A stretch of 64,000 bases of DNA from a bacterium. Its GTDB lineage: Bacteria > RBG-13-61-14 > DATKZS01. Position 1 is the stretch's first letter. Each line of letters begins with the position of its first letter. Below are positions 10,701-18,501 of this stretch, one piece after another. Made by a program: the position numbers and the translations under genes. The DNA is taken from positions 320,001-384,000 of the forward strand of contig CAXXFL010000004.1 in NCBI GenBank assembly GCA_963674965.2, in the 5' to 3' direction. A model generated the notes under the pieces. The model was not told the origin of the DNA, ran no database searches, and saw only the letters and a program-made list of their open reading frames with translations.

Positions 10701-10923
10701 GCCAGCTTGCCGGTTTACACCCCGCGTATCCACCCGAGCTAGACGCAAGTTGCGTCTTCATCTGAGTAGCGTCCAGAGGGTCTATAATTCCGTCGCACGC
10801 GCCCGCGTCGCCGAAATAGTTGGACCCTGGGAGCTCCTCTTGGGCGAATACTGGAGTGGCTACCAGACCCACGGCGAACAGCAGGGCTATCGCCATGGAA
10901 ATAAAGCCAAACCTTTTCATCAT
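4750..10923 (-). CDS. Giant secreted surface protein: signal peptide, dockerin-like pair, Ig-like (Big-2-like) domain, 8 Cys/Asp-rich repeats, ~900-aa unknown C-terminal region
   Basis: AAGGAG SD before ATG 10923; signal peptide MMKRFGFISMAIALLFAVGLVATPVFA; DGIIDPLD..DLDGDQNVSPLD; TLTVAPSTASINDGETLSLTAT..DVTSAATW. Confidence 0.85.
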   Translation of the reverse strand: MMKRFGFISMAIALLFAVGLVATPVFAQEELPGSNYFGDAGACDGIIDPLDATQMKTQLASSSGGYAGCKPASWQVQDLDGDQNVSPLDYSRLQGWVNLAYPTGIAYSGAPWTLVDGATVIDMGTADTITLEAIVYRRNVSANTANIPGAGWGVVFEVVGGCTAARIEGLDPTPVAFGGKNQTVTEAAAYGYTGAWNGATAAPASVILHKMTCGNTIEVQARIPADSEFGVQGGRFDTQILGALVSVLPGGSVPPATLTVAPSTASINDGETLSLTATHSVDGDVTSAATWGVSGGCTLLSAGLIQAPEGCSAYQCVVTADYSSLSDGATVDVADDDVADTVVGSCSAVDDGEAISCTANYESSADSCDRGAASCTCSDGQGCDDVDDVVDEGCAPGTYTATCGGSTLNDDFSASYTDNDAADAVVGSCSSVDDGDAISCSANYQSSVDGCDRGAASCTCSDGQGCDDVDDVVDEGCAPGTYTATCGGSTLNDDFSASYTDNDAADAVVGSCSSVDDGDAISCSANYQSSVDGCDRGAASCTCSDGQGCDDADNVVDEGCAPGTYTATCGGSTLNDDFSASYTDNDAADAVVGSCSSVDDGDAISCSANYESSVDGCDRGAASCTCSDGQGCDDTDNVVDEGCAPGTYTATCGGSTLNDDFSASYTDNDAADAVVGSCSSVDDGDAISCSANYESSVDGCDRGAASCVCSDGQGCDDVDNVVDEGCAPGTYTATCGGSTLNDDFSASYTDNDAADAVVGSCSSVDDGDAISCSANYESSVDGCDRGAASCVCSDGQGCDDVDNVVDEGCAPGTYTATCGGSTLNDDFSASYTDNDAADAVVGSCSSVDDGDAISCSANYESSVDGCDRGAASCVCSDGQGCDDVDNVVDEGCAPGTYTATCGGAINDDFTASFTDNDAADSVVGSCSDVNDGTAINCTANYESSVDGCDRGVATCLCTDGQGCDDTDNVTDEACGDYTYTATCGGAINDDFTAQAINNETTATVDVQPDSTVTLSTGGSTVFSCSADFGDGCVDDCGASLSHSGVGSFSNPTYSAGSTPGSATISATYAGGYDETDIIVSGGSAPVILSVFPLDYADRFRLNAHVNQNLTVVFDAGEGQPTGSTVTCTSVSDSSVVNFNCNLTNWPDAQCVPTSSYNGDDDYNCSIAVSNAYGNDSASGSLHTAWSSAPSTGGVGGGYVGGLDYDSGASSVGDGTVTLTAVDNDRNIPIAGKVYVQVIQGGTLREYFTDATGNLTMTLDPLPIDEITMGYKCGGERCPKMEEGASLAQYRAGNYSNFAYRSWYGLDASDLALDLKLNKGAQIGRYKGRIQGSIPIASFNSNIAAQRQERARRLFAPPVYLRAAIVIPTLKSTDQISGGLDNLLMTPDNEISISLCLDNLDSIEVALKAALPVNLVAPEIVRNNWTVPCNSWTSNPGKTSWEIWTYTPGENRIVWNVGALANATNFSVTGGLDLFAFPIYGCAIGLTQATVPAGLINGETIIATGTAANFRYNIRENWDNDVYGYDPDTGVNRKILFTVDSDLPIDPARRDSVRQLGYQYAIPNRTDSELGTDWDDRFYRKSQIIASGADFGVGTGIGVTGLSLNIKIDDAEFTIFQVGFFQSSGTKMGSRDIRPWSGSADTEVVSIQHSGLNSTWAEPGAYIDFQARQDGGPTNYAVIHVLSRGSLTNTPTGDAGLVEGGLLEIGSNPGSLVTVWSIGAPESSGNENIRIDDFLNLPRAITPSPDRYIYPAPQWSNTPNNSTTCNRNGELRRDMTTTLAGNSMIADTSDDWNRLFLRFRVNGFVNNTSRTLHAWESTLYEADVMTINGSTSNAFEDKFSAKAKVSSIYGRAYTTGGIRYFQDTQGSYGPRFMDAGVQVGDSLWINSERHNVLNTRRRITGVLSNELLTVNADWSALGLEGDNLIRYRVIRAQARGMCIIDEWAGGPPGGYHCKENDFWSVSGPVLDSATITVHVPDVDPGATTLNGVTGVIPDLFDGIAAGNATQLSWRIATLVYNTNDYEYGGIESGLFDWNNFDVQQVDLAQTQVASDSTFVVYK
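7930..9900 (-). repeat. Intragenic tandem repeat, 8 units, 249-bp (83-aa) period, 8 Cys per unit
   Basis: GAGGGTCGAGCCGCC recurs at 8455, 8704, 8953, 9202, 9451 and 9700 (exact 249 spacing); two further GGAIN-variant units. Confidence 0.97.
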
Positions 10924-11057
10924 AATTTGCTCCTTTCTTTCCTTTTGATTAAAAGCCAAATCCCCAAAAACCTAAAACAACTGATAACCTTGATAAAACC
11001 ATAATAAAACCTTGTAAAACCCTTGACCCTATATAAAAAGCTTCCAGGCCGAAATTT

Positions 11058-11073
11058 TGCAAATTCCGTGCCC
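11058..11073 (-). promoter_or_regulatory. Sigma54 (-24/-12) promoter for the giant surface-protein gene
   Basis: Minus strand GGGCACGGAATTTGCA = GG-N10-GC, close to TGGCACG-N4-TTGCW; 135 nt upstream of the ATG, inside a ~1-kb AT-rich intergenic region. Confidence 0.7.
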
Positions 11074-11964
11074 TTTGATTGCCAAAATCCCAGCGCCTTT
11101 ATTAACGGCTTCTAATGACAAGATAAATTCCTTTTCATCCCCTTTCAGTCCCTGATCAATTTTTACTAAACCCTTTACTTTTTTACTAGTTACAACCCGT
11201 TTAACTATGAAAACATTTCATAAACATGCTTTTCGGGCGTTCTTCTCGCCCACTATGGCAATACCGACTAATAGCAAACCTGCAAAGCAATGTCAAGAAA
11301 AAAACCATATTATGTTAATGAAATTTAATTTTCTCTTTTATTACGGCCATTTATTTTTTAATAAAAAGAAAGTTCAAAAATTGGCGCCAAAATTAATTAA
11401 GGGGCAAGGTCCAAAAAAACCATGCCAACAAATATGCAAATATTTCATAGGGTAAGCGAACACCTTTAGATGCGGGCGCTGAATATCGGTTCAATTTTCT
11501 AACCCCTTTGCGGCATATAATTTAACGCTAGGTAAAATATTTTAAAAACTACCCTATCTGTCCATTAAGATTGAATATTATCCTTACCCCATCCAGCCGA
11601 CCATAATACTTCGTTAATACCGGGCTAATACTTCTTTAATAATCCCTTTTATCAAACATATCGCGCCAACTCTTTTTTTTATGAATTTATGGTCAAGAGG
11701 CAAAGCATGGCGAAAAAATACCTTCAATCCCTGTTTTTTCCCTCCAACGGGCGCCAGCCAATCCATTTTCCATCCCCCACTCCTGGTGACGAGGCCCCAG
11801 GCCTTGGCCAAGGTCCGGGAAAAAAACCGCATCCGGTCAATTTTTCAGCGGTATCTTTATTGAAAATGGCTTGGTACTGTGATAGTAATAAAAGCGTGCC
11901 AATGGTTGGGAATAAAAGCGGCTTCCCTTTACCGCGCGATGGCCGCTCGCAAGGAGGATAATTA

Positions 11965-13551
11965 GTGGAAAGCATTTTCAGTCGTCTTGGCGGACGCGCC
12001 GGTTTGTGGTTTTTGGCGGCGCTTACATTTTCATTATTGCTTGCATCTCCCTCTTCCCGGGCCGGTTCCCTTTCGGAGTCTCAGATCAAGGTCGAGCAGT
12101 GCAAGGTCAAGTTCTCCGAGGGCGATTATAAGGAGGCCCTTGGCCTTGCCGCGGCGGCGGCGGAGGACGACCCGAGCAGCGTCGAGGCCCACCATTACGC
12201 GGGCCTTTGCTACATGGCCCTCAAGGAATATGACTCGGCCCTCGCCAGCCTGGAGAAGGCCGGCGCCCTCAGCCCTAACCAGGCCCTTCTCCAGGAGGAC
12301 GTCGCCTGGGCCGCCCTGTCGGCGGGCAAGAACGACAGGGCCATCGAGGCGGCGGAAGCGGCCCTTTCGATTACGCCCGACTCTGACCGGGCGTCGTTTT
12401 TAAAGGCCCAGGCTTTAATGAGCGAAAACCGCCACGACGAGGCCCTGGCCCTTTACAAGGAATTGTCCGGGTCGGAGGCTTACGGGCAGGCGGCTAACTA
12501 TTACGCCGGCTACTGCCTGGTCAAGATGGGCCGCACCCAGGAGGCGTCCGATTATTTCGACCTTGCGGCCTCCCTGGGCCCGGAGACGGAGATCGGCAAG
12601 GACGCGGCGGTTTACTCGAGGGCCCTGAAGAGCGGTGACGATCTCGAGGAGAAGAAGCCCTGGAGCGTCCGCGTGCGGCTTCTTTATCAGTACGACAGCA
12701 ACATCGTGCCGGTGGACGACGAGCAGAACCTTCCCGAGGACGTGGAAAACATGGAGGACGGCCGGGTGGTGCTTGACCTCGACGCGGCCTACCGGCTGGT
12801 GGACGAGACGAAATATGGAGCGCTGGTAAGATATATCGGCTATATTAATATGCACTCGAAGGAATCGGACGTGGACCTCATGTATCATCTCGGCCAGGTC
12901 TCGGGTTGGTATTACGTCAACGCGGGCCAAGTGCCCATGAAGTTCGGGATGGACCTCGATTACTCGACGGCCAGCGTTGGGGGCGAGGCTTACTCGAGCT
13001 ATCTTCGGGCCTCGCCCGAGGTCTCGGCCTGGTGGACGGAGACCATCCGCACGCGGGTGATACTCAGCTACATGAGCGAGTCTTTCAGCGACCCCATCTC
13101 CGACGACCACGCTGACCTGGAGGACGCCGACGACTATAACCGCGACAATACCAGGATGGGGGCGAGCCTTATCCAGCACGTTTACTTTTATGAGGGCCGG
13201 CTGAACGTTTGGGCGGGCTACTCCTACTCGACGATCGAGGCGGACGGGAAGAACTACACTCGGGACGTTTCCGGGCCCATGGTCGGCGCGGTGGCCCTTT
13301 TCCCGAGGGACATAATAGCCACGGCCATGTTCAGGAACGAGTCGCGCCAATACTCCGATTACGAGGTCAACGACGGCGACAAGCGCGAGGAGCTCATGAA
13401 CTCGGCCACCTTTTCCGTTCAGGTCCCCGTTTACAAGTGGATAAGCGCCTACGGCGGCGTCATCTGGCAGGAGGTTGACGGCAACGAGTCCAACGGCGTT
13501 CTCGACTACGACCGGCTGATCTACTCGATCGGCATGATAGGCGATTTTTAA
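11965..13551 (+). CDS. TPR-repeat protein with C-terminal outer-membrane beta-barrel (Slam/DUF560-like)
   Basis: Signal peptide, multiple TPRs, YQYDSN motif at barrel start, amphipathic strands, terminal Phe (YSIGMIGDF). Confidence 0.7.
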   Translation: MESIFSRLGGRAGLWFLAALTFSLLLASPSSRAGSLSESQIKVEQCKVKFSEGDYKEALGLAAAAAEDDPSSVEAHHYAGLCYMALKEYDSALASLEKAGALSPNQALLQEDVAWAALSAGKNDRAIEAAEAALSITPDSDRASFLKAQALMSENRHDEALALYKELSGSEAYGQAANYYAGYCLVKMGRTQEASDYFDLAASLGPETEIGKDAAVYSRALKSGDDLEEKKPWSVRVRLLYQYDSNIVPVDDEQNLPEDVENMEDGRVVLDLDAAYRLVDETKYGALVRYIGYINMHSKESDVDLMYHLGQVSGWYYVNAGQVPMKFGMDLDYSTASVGGEAYSSYLRASPEVSAWWTETIRTRVILSYMSESFSDPISDDHADLEDADDYNRDNTRMGASLIQHVYFYEGRLNVWAGYSYSTIEADGKNYTRDVSGPMVGAVALFPRDIIATAMFRNESRQYSDYEVNDGDKREELMNSATFSVQVPVYKWISAYGGVIWQEVDGNESNGVLDYDRLIYSIGMIGDF

Positions 13552-13581
13552 TTTCGGTCCGATCCAGAAAAGGAGGATCCC

Positions 13582-14460
13582 ATGGCGAAGAAACTATTAT
13601 GCGCGGCGGCGGCCTTCGTGGCCCTTGCCCTTTGTCTTCCGGCGGCGGCCGACAACTCGGGTCAGTTCACCGAGCTTGACGGGACGGTGACGGTCAAGCA
13701 GGCCGCCGGCACTCAGGCCAAGGCCAGCCTGGGCTTCGTGGTCAAGCAGGGAGACGTCATCAAAACCGAGGCCAACGCCAAGGCGACCATCCTCTTCCTT
13801 GACGGCAGCGTCATGCGCCTTGCTCCCTCGACGGAGATCAAGGTCGAGAAGCTGGCCCTGGACGAGGACAAGGGAGTGGTCGAGAGCGCCTACGACCTGG
13901 CCTACGGGACCATGATGGGCGTGATGGGGTCCCTTTTCGGTTCCCCCGAGTCCAGCTATGACGTCAACACGCCGACGGCGGTCTCGGGCGTTCGCGGCAG
14001 CATCCACGTGGTCAGCGTAACTCCCGACCCCAAGACGGGCAAGACCCGGACCACGGTGGTAGGACTCGAGGGCATAACCACCCTGAAGAGCAAAAGCGGC
14101 GGCGAGACCGAGGAACTGAAGCCGGGCGAGTACGGCGTGGTTGACGCCCGGGGCAAGATGAAGCTGATGGGCGAGATGAGCGAGCGAGACCTCGATAACC
14201 TTCTCAACCTTTTCACTTACTCGTCGCCGAGCATCAACGACCGGGCCATGGACCTTCGCAAACTGAGCACCAGGCAGGCGCCCAAGGAAGTGGGAACGGA
14301 GTTCGTGCCTCCCCAGATCGTGCTGGTCCCCGAGAACGTGATCCAGGACTATGAGGACCTTGCGGGCATGGCCGACAACCCGGCCGACCTTATCTTCATC
14401 GAGCCGCCGGGCGCGGCCACCACGGAGTTGAATATCATCATCGTGGTGCCCACGCCTTGA
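13582..14460 (+). CDS. Secreted FecR-domain protein
   Basis: Signal peptide; GDVIKTEANAKATILFLDGSVMRLAPST; VNTPTAVSGVRGS. Confidence 0.85.
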   Translation: MAKKLLCAAAAFVALALCLPAAADNSGQFTELDGTVTVKQAAGTQAKASLGFVVKQGDVIKTEANAKATILFLDGSVMRLAPSTEIKVEKLALDEDKGVVESAYDLAYGTMMGVMGSLFGSPESSYDVNTPTAVSGVRGSIHVVSVTPDPKTGKTRTTVVGLEGITTLKSKSGGETEELKPGEYGVVDARGKMKLMGEMSERDLDNLLNLFTYSSPSINDRAMDLRKLSTRQAPKEVGTEFVPPQIVLVPENVIQDYEDLAGMADNPADLIFIEPPGAATTELNIIIVVPTP

Positions 14461-14557
14461 TCCAGTCAGGGAGAGGTCCAAAGGGGCCTCTCCCGGTTTT
14501 CCCCGGCATGGAAACGAGCGCCTTGCAAGGCCTTGAAGCGCTAAGGAGTTCAAAGGA

Positions 14558-15829
14558 ATGAAAACGACGAGGTTCAGTTCCCTCGCGACGGTGGCATTGG
14601 TTTTACTGACTTCCCCGGCCGTCTGGACGTGCTGCCGGGGAGTGGAGGACGCCGATTCCCCGGCCACCGTGTCTCTAAAGATCAAGGGACCCGCCACAAG
14701 GGGTCCCCTTTCCGGTTACGACCCCGCGGCCCTAGATTCGTACCACCTAAAAATCGAGCTTACCAACCCCACCGAGCTTCATTACGTTTTCGACTATACC
14801 CTCGGCGAGGAGGTGAGCGTCGACGTACTGGTGGGAGACGGCAGGGTGATCGACGTGGAGATGTATTACGTTCCTTCCTTTCCTCCCCCGCTCCCCGAGT
14901 TTCCCGCCGACCACTACGTCACCGTGACGCCGGAGGGCGACAGGACCATCAGCCTCGGCCAGGACGAGGGAAGGGAAGTTGAAATTGAACTGGACTACGA
15001 CCCTCTCCAGATCGGGACCGTGGTGGGAGATACTCCCTTTTACCTCGACCTGGACGGGGAGGCACTCGAGCTGGGAGGCTATAGCGACTGCCCGAGCGGC
15101 ATATTCTGGCTGACCGTCAGCGACCAGACCTTCGGCGGCCTGACCTTCCCCGAGATACCGGTGGTCCTTTTCAGCGACACGGGCCCGCCGCGGCTTAGCC
15201 TTTCCCGTTTCCCCCTCGAAACCACCTACACCGTCGGCCTCCATCATGACGGCATGGGCGTTGACGACGTTTTCACCGTGTCCATAGGGAACTCGGCCGA
15301 TCCCGTCGCGTACGTTAACTCGCTCAGCTTCACCGGGTTCGAAAACGGCAGGATCAGGTTCTCGCCCGAGTGGTTCACGGACGAGGCTCCCAACTCCATG
15401 GCCTCGACCATTCCCTACGTGGAGGGCGGCATGGGCTTCTCCGGAGAAGTCCCGAACCTCGGGGAAGGAGAGGAAAACGAGTGCGAGATAATAAGCTTCG
15501 GGGGCTTTCAACCTCCGGTTTTCTCGCATGATATCGTCCCGATGTTCCAGGAGATCACCTTCGTGACGCCGGAGGCGGGGCAAAGATGCCTGCTTCACGT
15601 GACGGGCACGGATTGCGGCGGGGCCTTCGTGGAGGGCAAGATCGTGGTGACCAGCTCGGACGAGGGAGGGGGATCGCTATGCGGCAACGACGCGTGCGAC
15701 TTCACGACCGGCGATCCTCCCTATAACGAGAACAACTCCAACTGTCCAGCGGACTGTTTTTGCGGAGACGGCTTCTGCCATCCCCTGTCGGAAAGCTTCC
15801 AGTCGTGCGTCATTGATTGCGGCTATTAG
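14558..15829 (+). CDS. Acidic secreted/putative lipoprotein with C-terminal myxobacterial-type Cys-rich repeats
   Basis: Hydrophobic leader ending VWTCC; C-terminus CGNDACD..NCPADCFCGDGFC..SCVIDC. Confidence 0.6.
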   Translation: MKTTRFSSLATVALVLLTSPAVWTCCRGVEDADSPATVSLKIKGPATRGPLSGYDPAALDSYHLKIELTNPTELHYVFDYTLGEEVSVDVLVGDGRVIDVEMYYVPSFPPPLPEFPADHYVTVTPEGDRTISLGQDEGREVEIELDYDPLQIGTVVGDTPFYLDLDGEALELGGYSDCPSGIFWLTVSDQTFGGLTFPEIPVVLFSDTGPPRLSLSRFPLETTYTVGLHHDGMGVDDVFTVSIGNSADPVAYVNSLSFTGFENGRIRFSPEWFTDEAPNSMASTIPYVEGGMGFSGEVPNLGEGEENECEIISFGGFQPPVFSHDIVPMFQEITFVTPEAGQRCLLHVTGTDCGGAFVEGKIVVTSSDEGGGSLCGNDACDFTTGDPPYNENNSNCPADCFCGDGFCHPLSESFQSCVIDCGY

Positions 15830-15851
15830 CGACTTGGCGATTCGATCTACG

Positions 15852-15882
15852 AGGGCGCCCGTTTCAAGGCGCCCTTTTATTT
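15852..15882. terminator. Hairpin between convergent genes
   Basis: AGGGCGCC-N8-GGCGCCCT-TTTATTT. Confidence 0.6.
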
Positions 15883-16899
15883 TGGCTCCTCGCCGACCTC
15901 CCTGTATCCCATCTCGCGGGCTATCTTCTCGTGCCTTTCGGCCCTGGTGACGAAACCGGTGGCTCGATATGCAACGGCCAGATAATGATGGGCCAGGGCG
16001 TTGTCGGGTTTTTTATCCAGCGCGGCCCTCAATACCTCGATGGCCTCTTGATACCTTGCGGTCAGGACGTAAAGGGTCCCCAGGTTGACCATGGTTTCGG
16101 CGTCCTCGGGGTCGGCCGTAAGTACTCTTTTATACTCATACTCGGCGTCCGCGTAGCGTCCATTCAAGGCGTAGATGTTGCCCAGGTTGGTATGGGCCTT
16201 CAGGTTGTCGGGGTTAAGAGCGGTTTCCATGAGGAAGGCCGCCTCGGCGTGGTCCCTCTTGCCGGCGGCGAGGAAGGCCACGCCCAGGTTGTGGTAAAGA
16301 CCCGGCAAGGTTGAGTCCAGCTGCGCGGTCTTTTGCAGCGTCGCGATGGCTTCTTGATATTCGCCTCTCGCGATCATGCTGGCGGCCAGGTTGTTATAAG
16401 ACACCGCGAAGTCGGGATCGCTTTTTATGGCGGCGTTAAACTCGGCCATGGCCGCGTCGTGATCTCCTTTCGACTGATATATCAGGCCGAGCTGGTTGTG
16501 GGCCGTGGGGTTGTCCGGCTCCATCTCGAGGGCCTTCATGAAGTCGGCCCTGGCGACGGACGCGTGGTCCCCTCCCCTGCCCTGCTCGCATATTCCCCTC
16601 GCGATCAGCGGCTCGGGCCTCTCGGGAAAACGCTCGGCGCAGGACTCGAACCATCGCGTGGACTGGGCGTAATCTCGGAGCTTGCAGTGGGCCATGCCCA
16701 GGCCGACGCAGGCCTTGACGTTGGACGGATCGCCCTCGAAAACGCTTTTGTAATGCTCGGCGGCCTCGGCGTAGTGGCCCAGTTCCATGAGCTTATGGCC
16801 GACAAGATCGGGCGAGGTCTCGTCTTGCCCTCCCGCCTTGAAGGTCAGGGCTAACAAGGCGAGAACAAAAACGAGCTTCTTTGCGATCGATTCATTCAT
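15877..16899 (-). CDS. Secreted TPR-repeat protein
   Basis: Signal peptide and ~8 TPRs (AHNQLG, SYNNLA, LYHNLG, AHTNLG). Confidence 0.9.
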   Translation of the reverse strand: MNESIAKKLVFVLALLALTFKAGGQDETSPDLVGHKLMELGHYAEAAEHYKSVFEGDPSNVKACVGLGMAHCKLRDYAQSTRWFESCAERFPERPEPLIARGICEQGRGGDHASVARADFMKALEMEPDNPTAHNQLGLIYQSKGDHDAAMAEFNAAIKSDPDFAVSYNNLAASMIARGEYQEAIATLQKTAQLDSTLPGLYHNLGVAFLAAGKRDHAEAAFLMETALNPDNLKAHTNLGNIYALNGRYADAEYEYKRVLTADPEDAETMVNLGTLYVLTARYQEAIEVLRAALDKKPDNALAHHYLAVAYRATGFVTRAERHEKIAREMGYREVGEEPK

Positions 16900-16923
16900 G
16901 ACGCCGGCCTATCTCTCCGATCT

Positions 16924-18393
16924 TTAACGCCTAACGCCAGACCCGTCCCTCAGTTTACGGTATACCTCGAGATATTCCTTGGCCGAGGCCGACCAGGAAT
17001 GGTCCTCATTCATGGCGTTGGCCATGATGGAACGCCACTGCTCCTTGTCCTTGTAAGCGCTCAAGGCGCCGGTCAGGCATTTCCAGAGGGCCTGGGGAGT
17101 GTATTCCTCGAACTTGAAACCGTTTCCCGAGAGGGTCTTGGCGTCCCAGTCCCGGATAGTATCGTCCAGCCCTCCCGTGGCCCGGACCACGGGCACGGTG
17201 CCGTATTTAAGGCTGATAAGCTGGTTGAGCCCGCAGGGCTCGTACTGGGAAGGCATGAGGAAAAGGTCGGCCCCCGCCTCGATCTTATGGGCCAGCTCGT
17301 CGTTATAAGCTATCTTGACTCCCATCTTTTCGGGGTTTTTTCTTCCCGCCTCGGAGAAAATATTTTCATAGGTTTTATCGCCCGTGCCTAAAAGGACGAA
17401 CTGGACGTCCATCTCGAGCAAGTCCTTTAATATGGACGTGACCAGGTCGAAACCCTTCTGATCGACCAGCCTCGAGATGCCCGCCACCAGGGGCACGTCG
17501 GGCTTTTGGGGCAGCCCGAACTCCTTTTGCAGGTCGGCCTTGCACCTGGCCTTGCCCGAGAGGTCGGCGGCCGAGAACTTGGCCGCTATTTTTTTATCGA
17601 CCTCGGGGCTCCAGATCGAGTAGTCGATGCCGTTGACTATGCCGAAAAGGGAGTCCGCCCGGTTTTGCAGGACCCCCTCCAGCCCGAAGCCGAACTTGGG
17701 ACCCCTGATCTCGGCCGCGTACTTCTTGCTCACCGTGGATATCCCGTCGGAAAAGACTATGGCGCCCTTTAGAAGGTTCATCTTGCCGAAGTACTCGAGG
17801 TAGTCCACCGTGAAGTAATCCCAGGGAAGTCCGATGAGCTTCATGTCCCATTTCCAGAAAATCCCCTGGTAGCCCAGGTTGTGGATGGTGGTAAGGGCCG
17901 GTACCCCCTTTAAACGCTCGTCGTCCTTGAAAAGGGTCCTCATATAGATGGGCACAAGGGCCGCCTGCCAGTCGTGGCAATGGATGACGTCGGGTTGCAG
18001 CCGGTCCATGATGAACTCGAGGGACGCCCGACAAAAGAAGGTGAACCTGGCGCAGTTGTCCGGATAGTCTCCCTCCCTCGAGGTGTAAAGGGCCTCGCGG
18101 TCGAAATACTCGTCGAGCTTGACCAGATACACGTCCACCAAGTCATCGAGCCTGGTCTTGAGGACCTCGCCTTTTTTATCGATCCAGTGATCTCCGTCAA
18201 GGACGGGAACGGTCACCTCGAATCCCGCGGGCTCGGGCGAGTATTTTTGCTCCAGGCCCCGGTAGCAGGGAAGCATGACCGACGTTTCGCATCCCATCTC
18301 GGCCAGGGCTGGAGGCAGCGCTCCCGTCACGTCGGCCAGGCCGCCGGTCTTGGCGTAGGGAACCATCTCAGGCGATACCATCACGATTTTCAT
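16924..18393 (-). CDS. glgA: Glycogen synthase
   Basis: PYAKTGGLADV, HCHDWQ, TIHNLGYQG, SRLVDQKG, PSQYEPCGLNQ. Confidence 0.97.
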   Translation of the reverse strand: MKIVMVSPEMVPYAKTGGLADVTGALPPALAEMGCETSVMLPCYRGLEQKYSPEPAGFEVTVPVLDGDHWIDKKGEVLKTRLDDLVDVYLVKLDEYFDREALYTSREGDYPDNCARFTFFCRASLEFIMDRLQPDVIHCHDWQAALVPIYMRTLFKDDERLKGVPALTTIHNLGYQGIFWKWDMKLIGLPWDYFTVDYLEYFGKMNLLKGAIVFSDGISTVSKKYAAEIRGPKFGFGLEGVLQNRADSLFGIVNGIDYSIWSPEVDKKIAAKFSAADLSGKARCKADLQKEFGLPQKPDVPLVAGISRLVDQKGFDLVTSILKDLLEMDVQFVLLGTGDKTYENIFSEAGRKNPEKMGVKIAYNDELAHKIEAGADLFLMPSQYEPCGLNQLISLKYGTVPVVRATGGLDDTIRDWDAKTLSGNGFKFEEYTPQALWKCLTGALSAYKDKEQWRSIMANAMNEDHSWSASAKEYLEVYRKLRDGSGVRR

Positions 18394-18501
18394 TGCATCC
18401 TCCCATGGCCTTCAATTTCCTCGGCCGGCGATCGAGCCGGCCGCGAAAGGCCCCAAGTATATCTTCAGTTCCTACCAATATGTAACGGACCCCGGGCGAC
18501 G

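Noticed and set aside
11885-11903. Minus-strand TTGGCACG as a sigma54 promoter
   Set aside because: No GC at the required GG-N10-GC spacing.
11207-11975. Short ORFs in the AT-rich intergenic region
   Set aside because: Mutually overlapping, atypical composition, no motifs.
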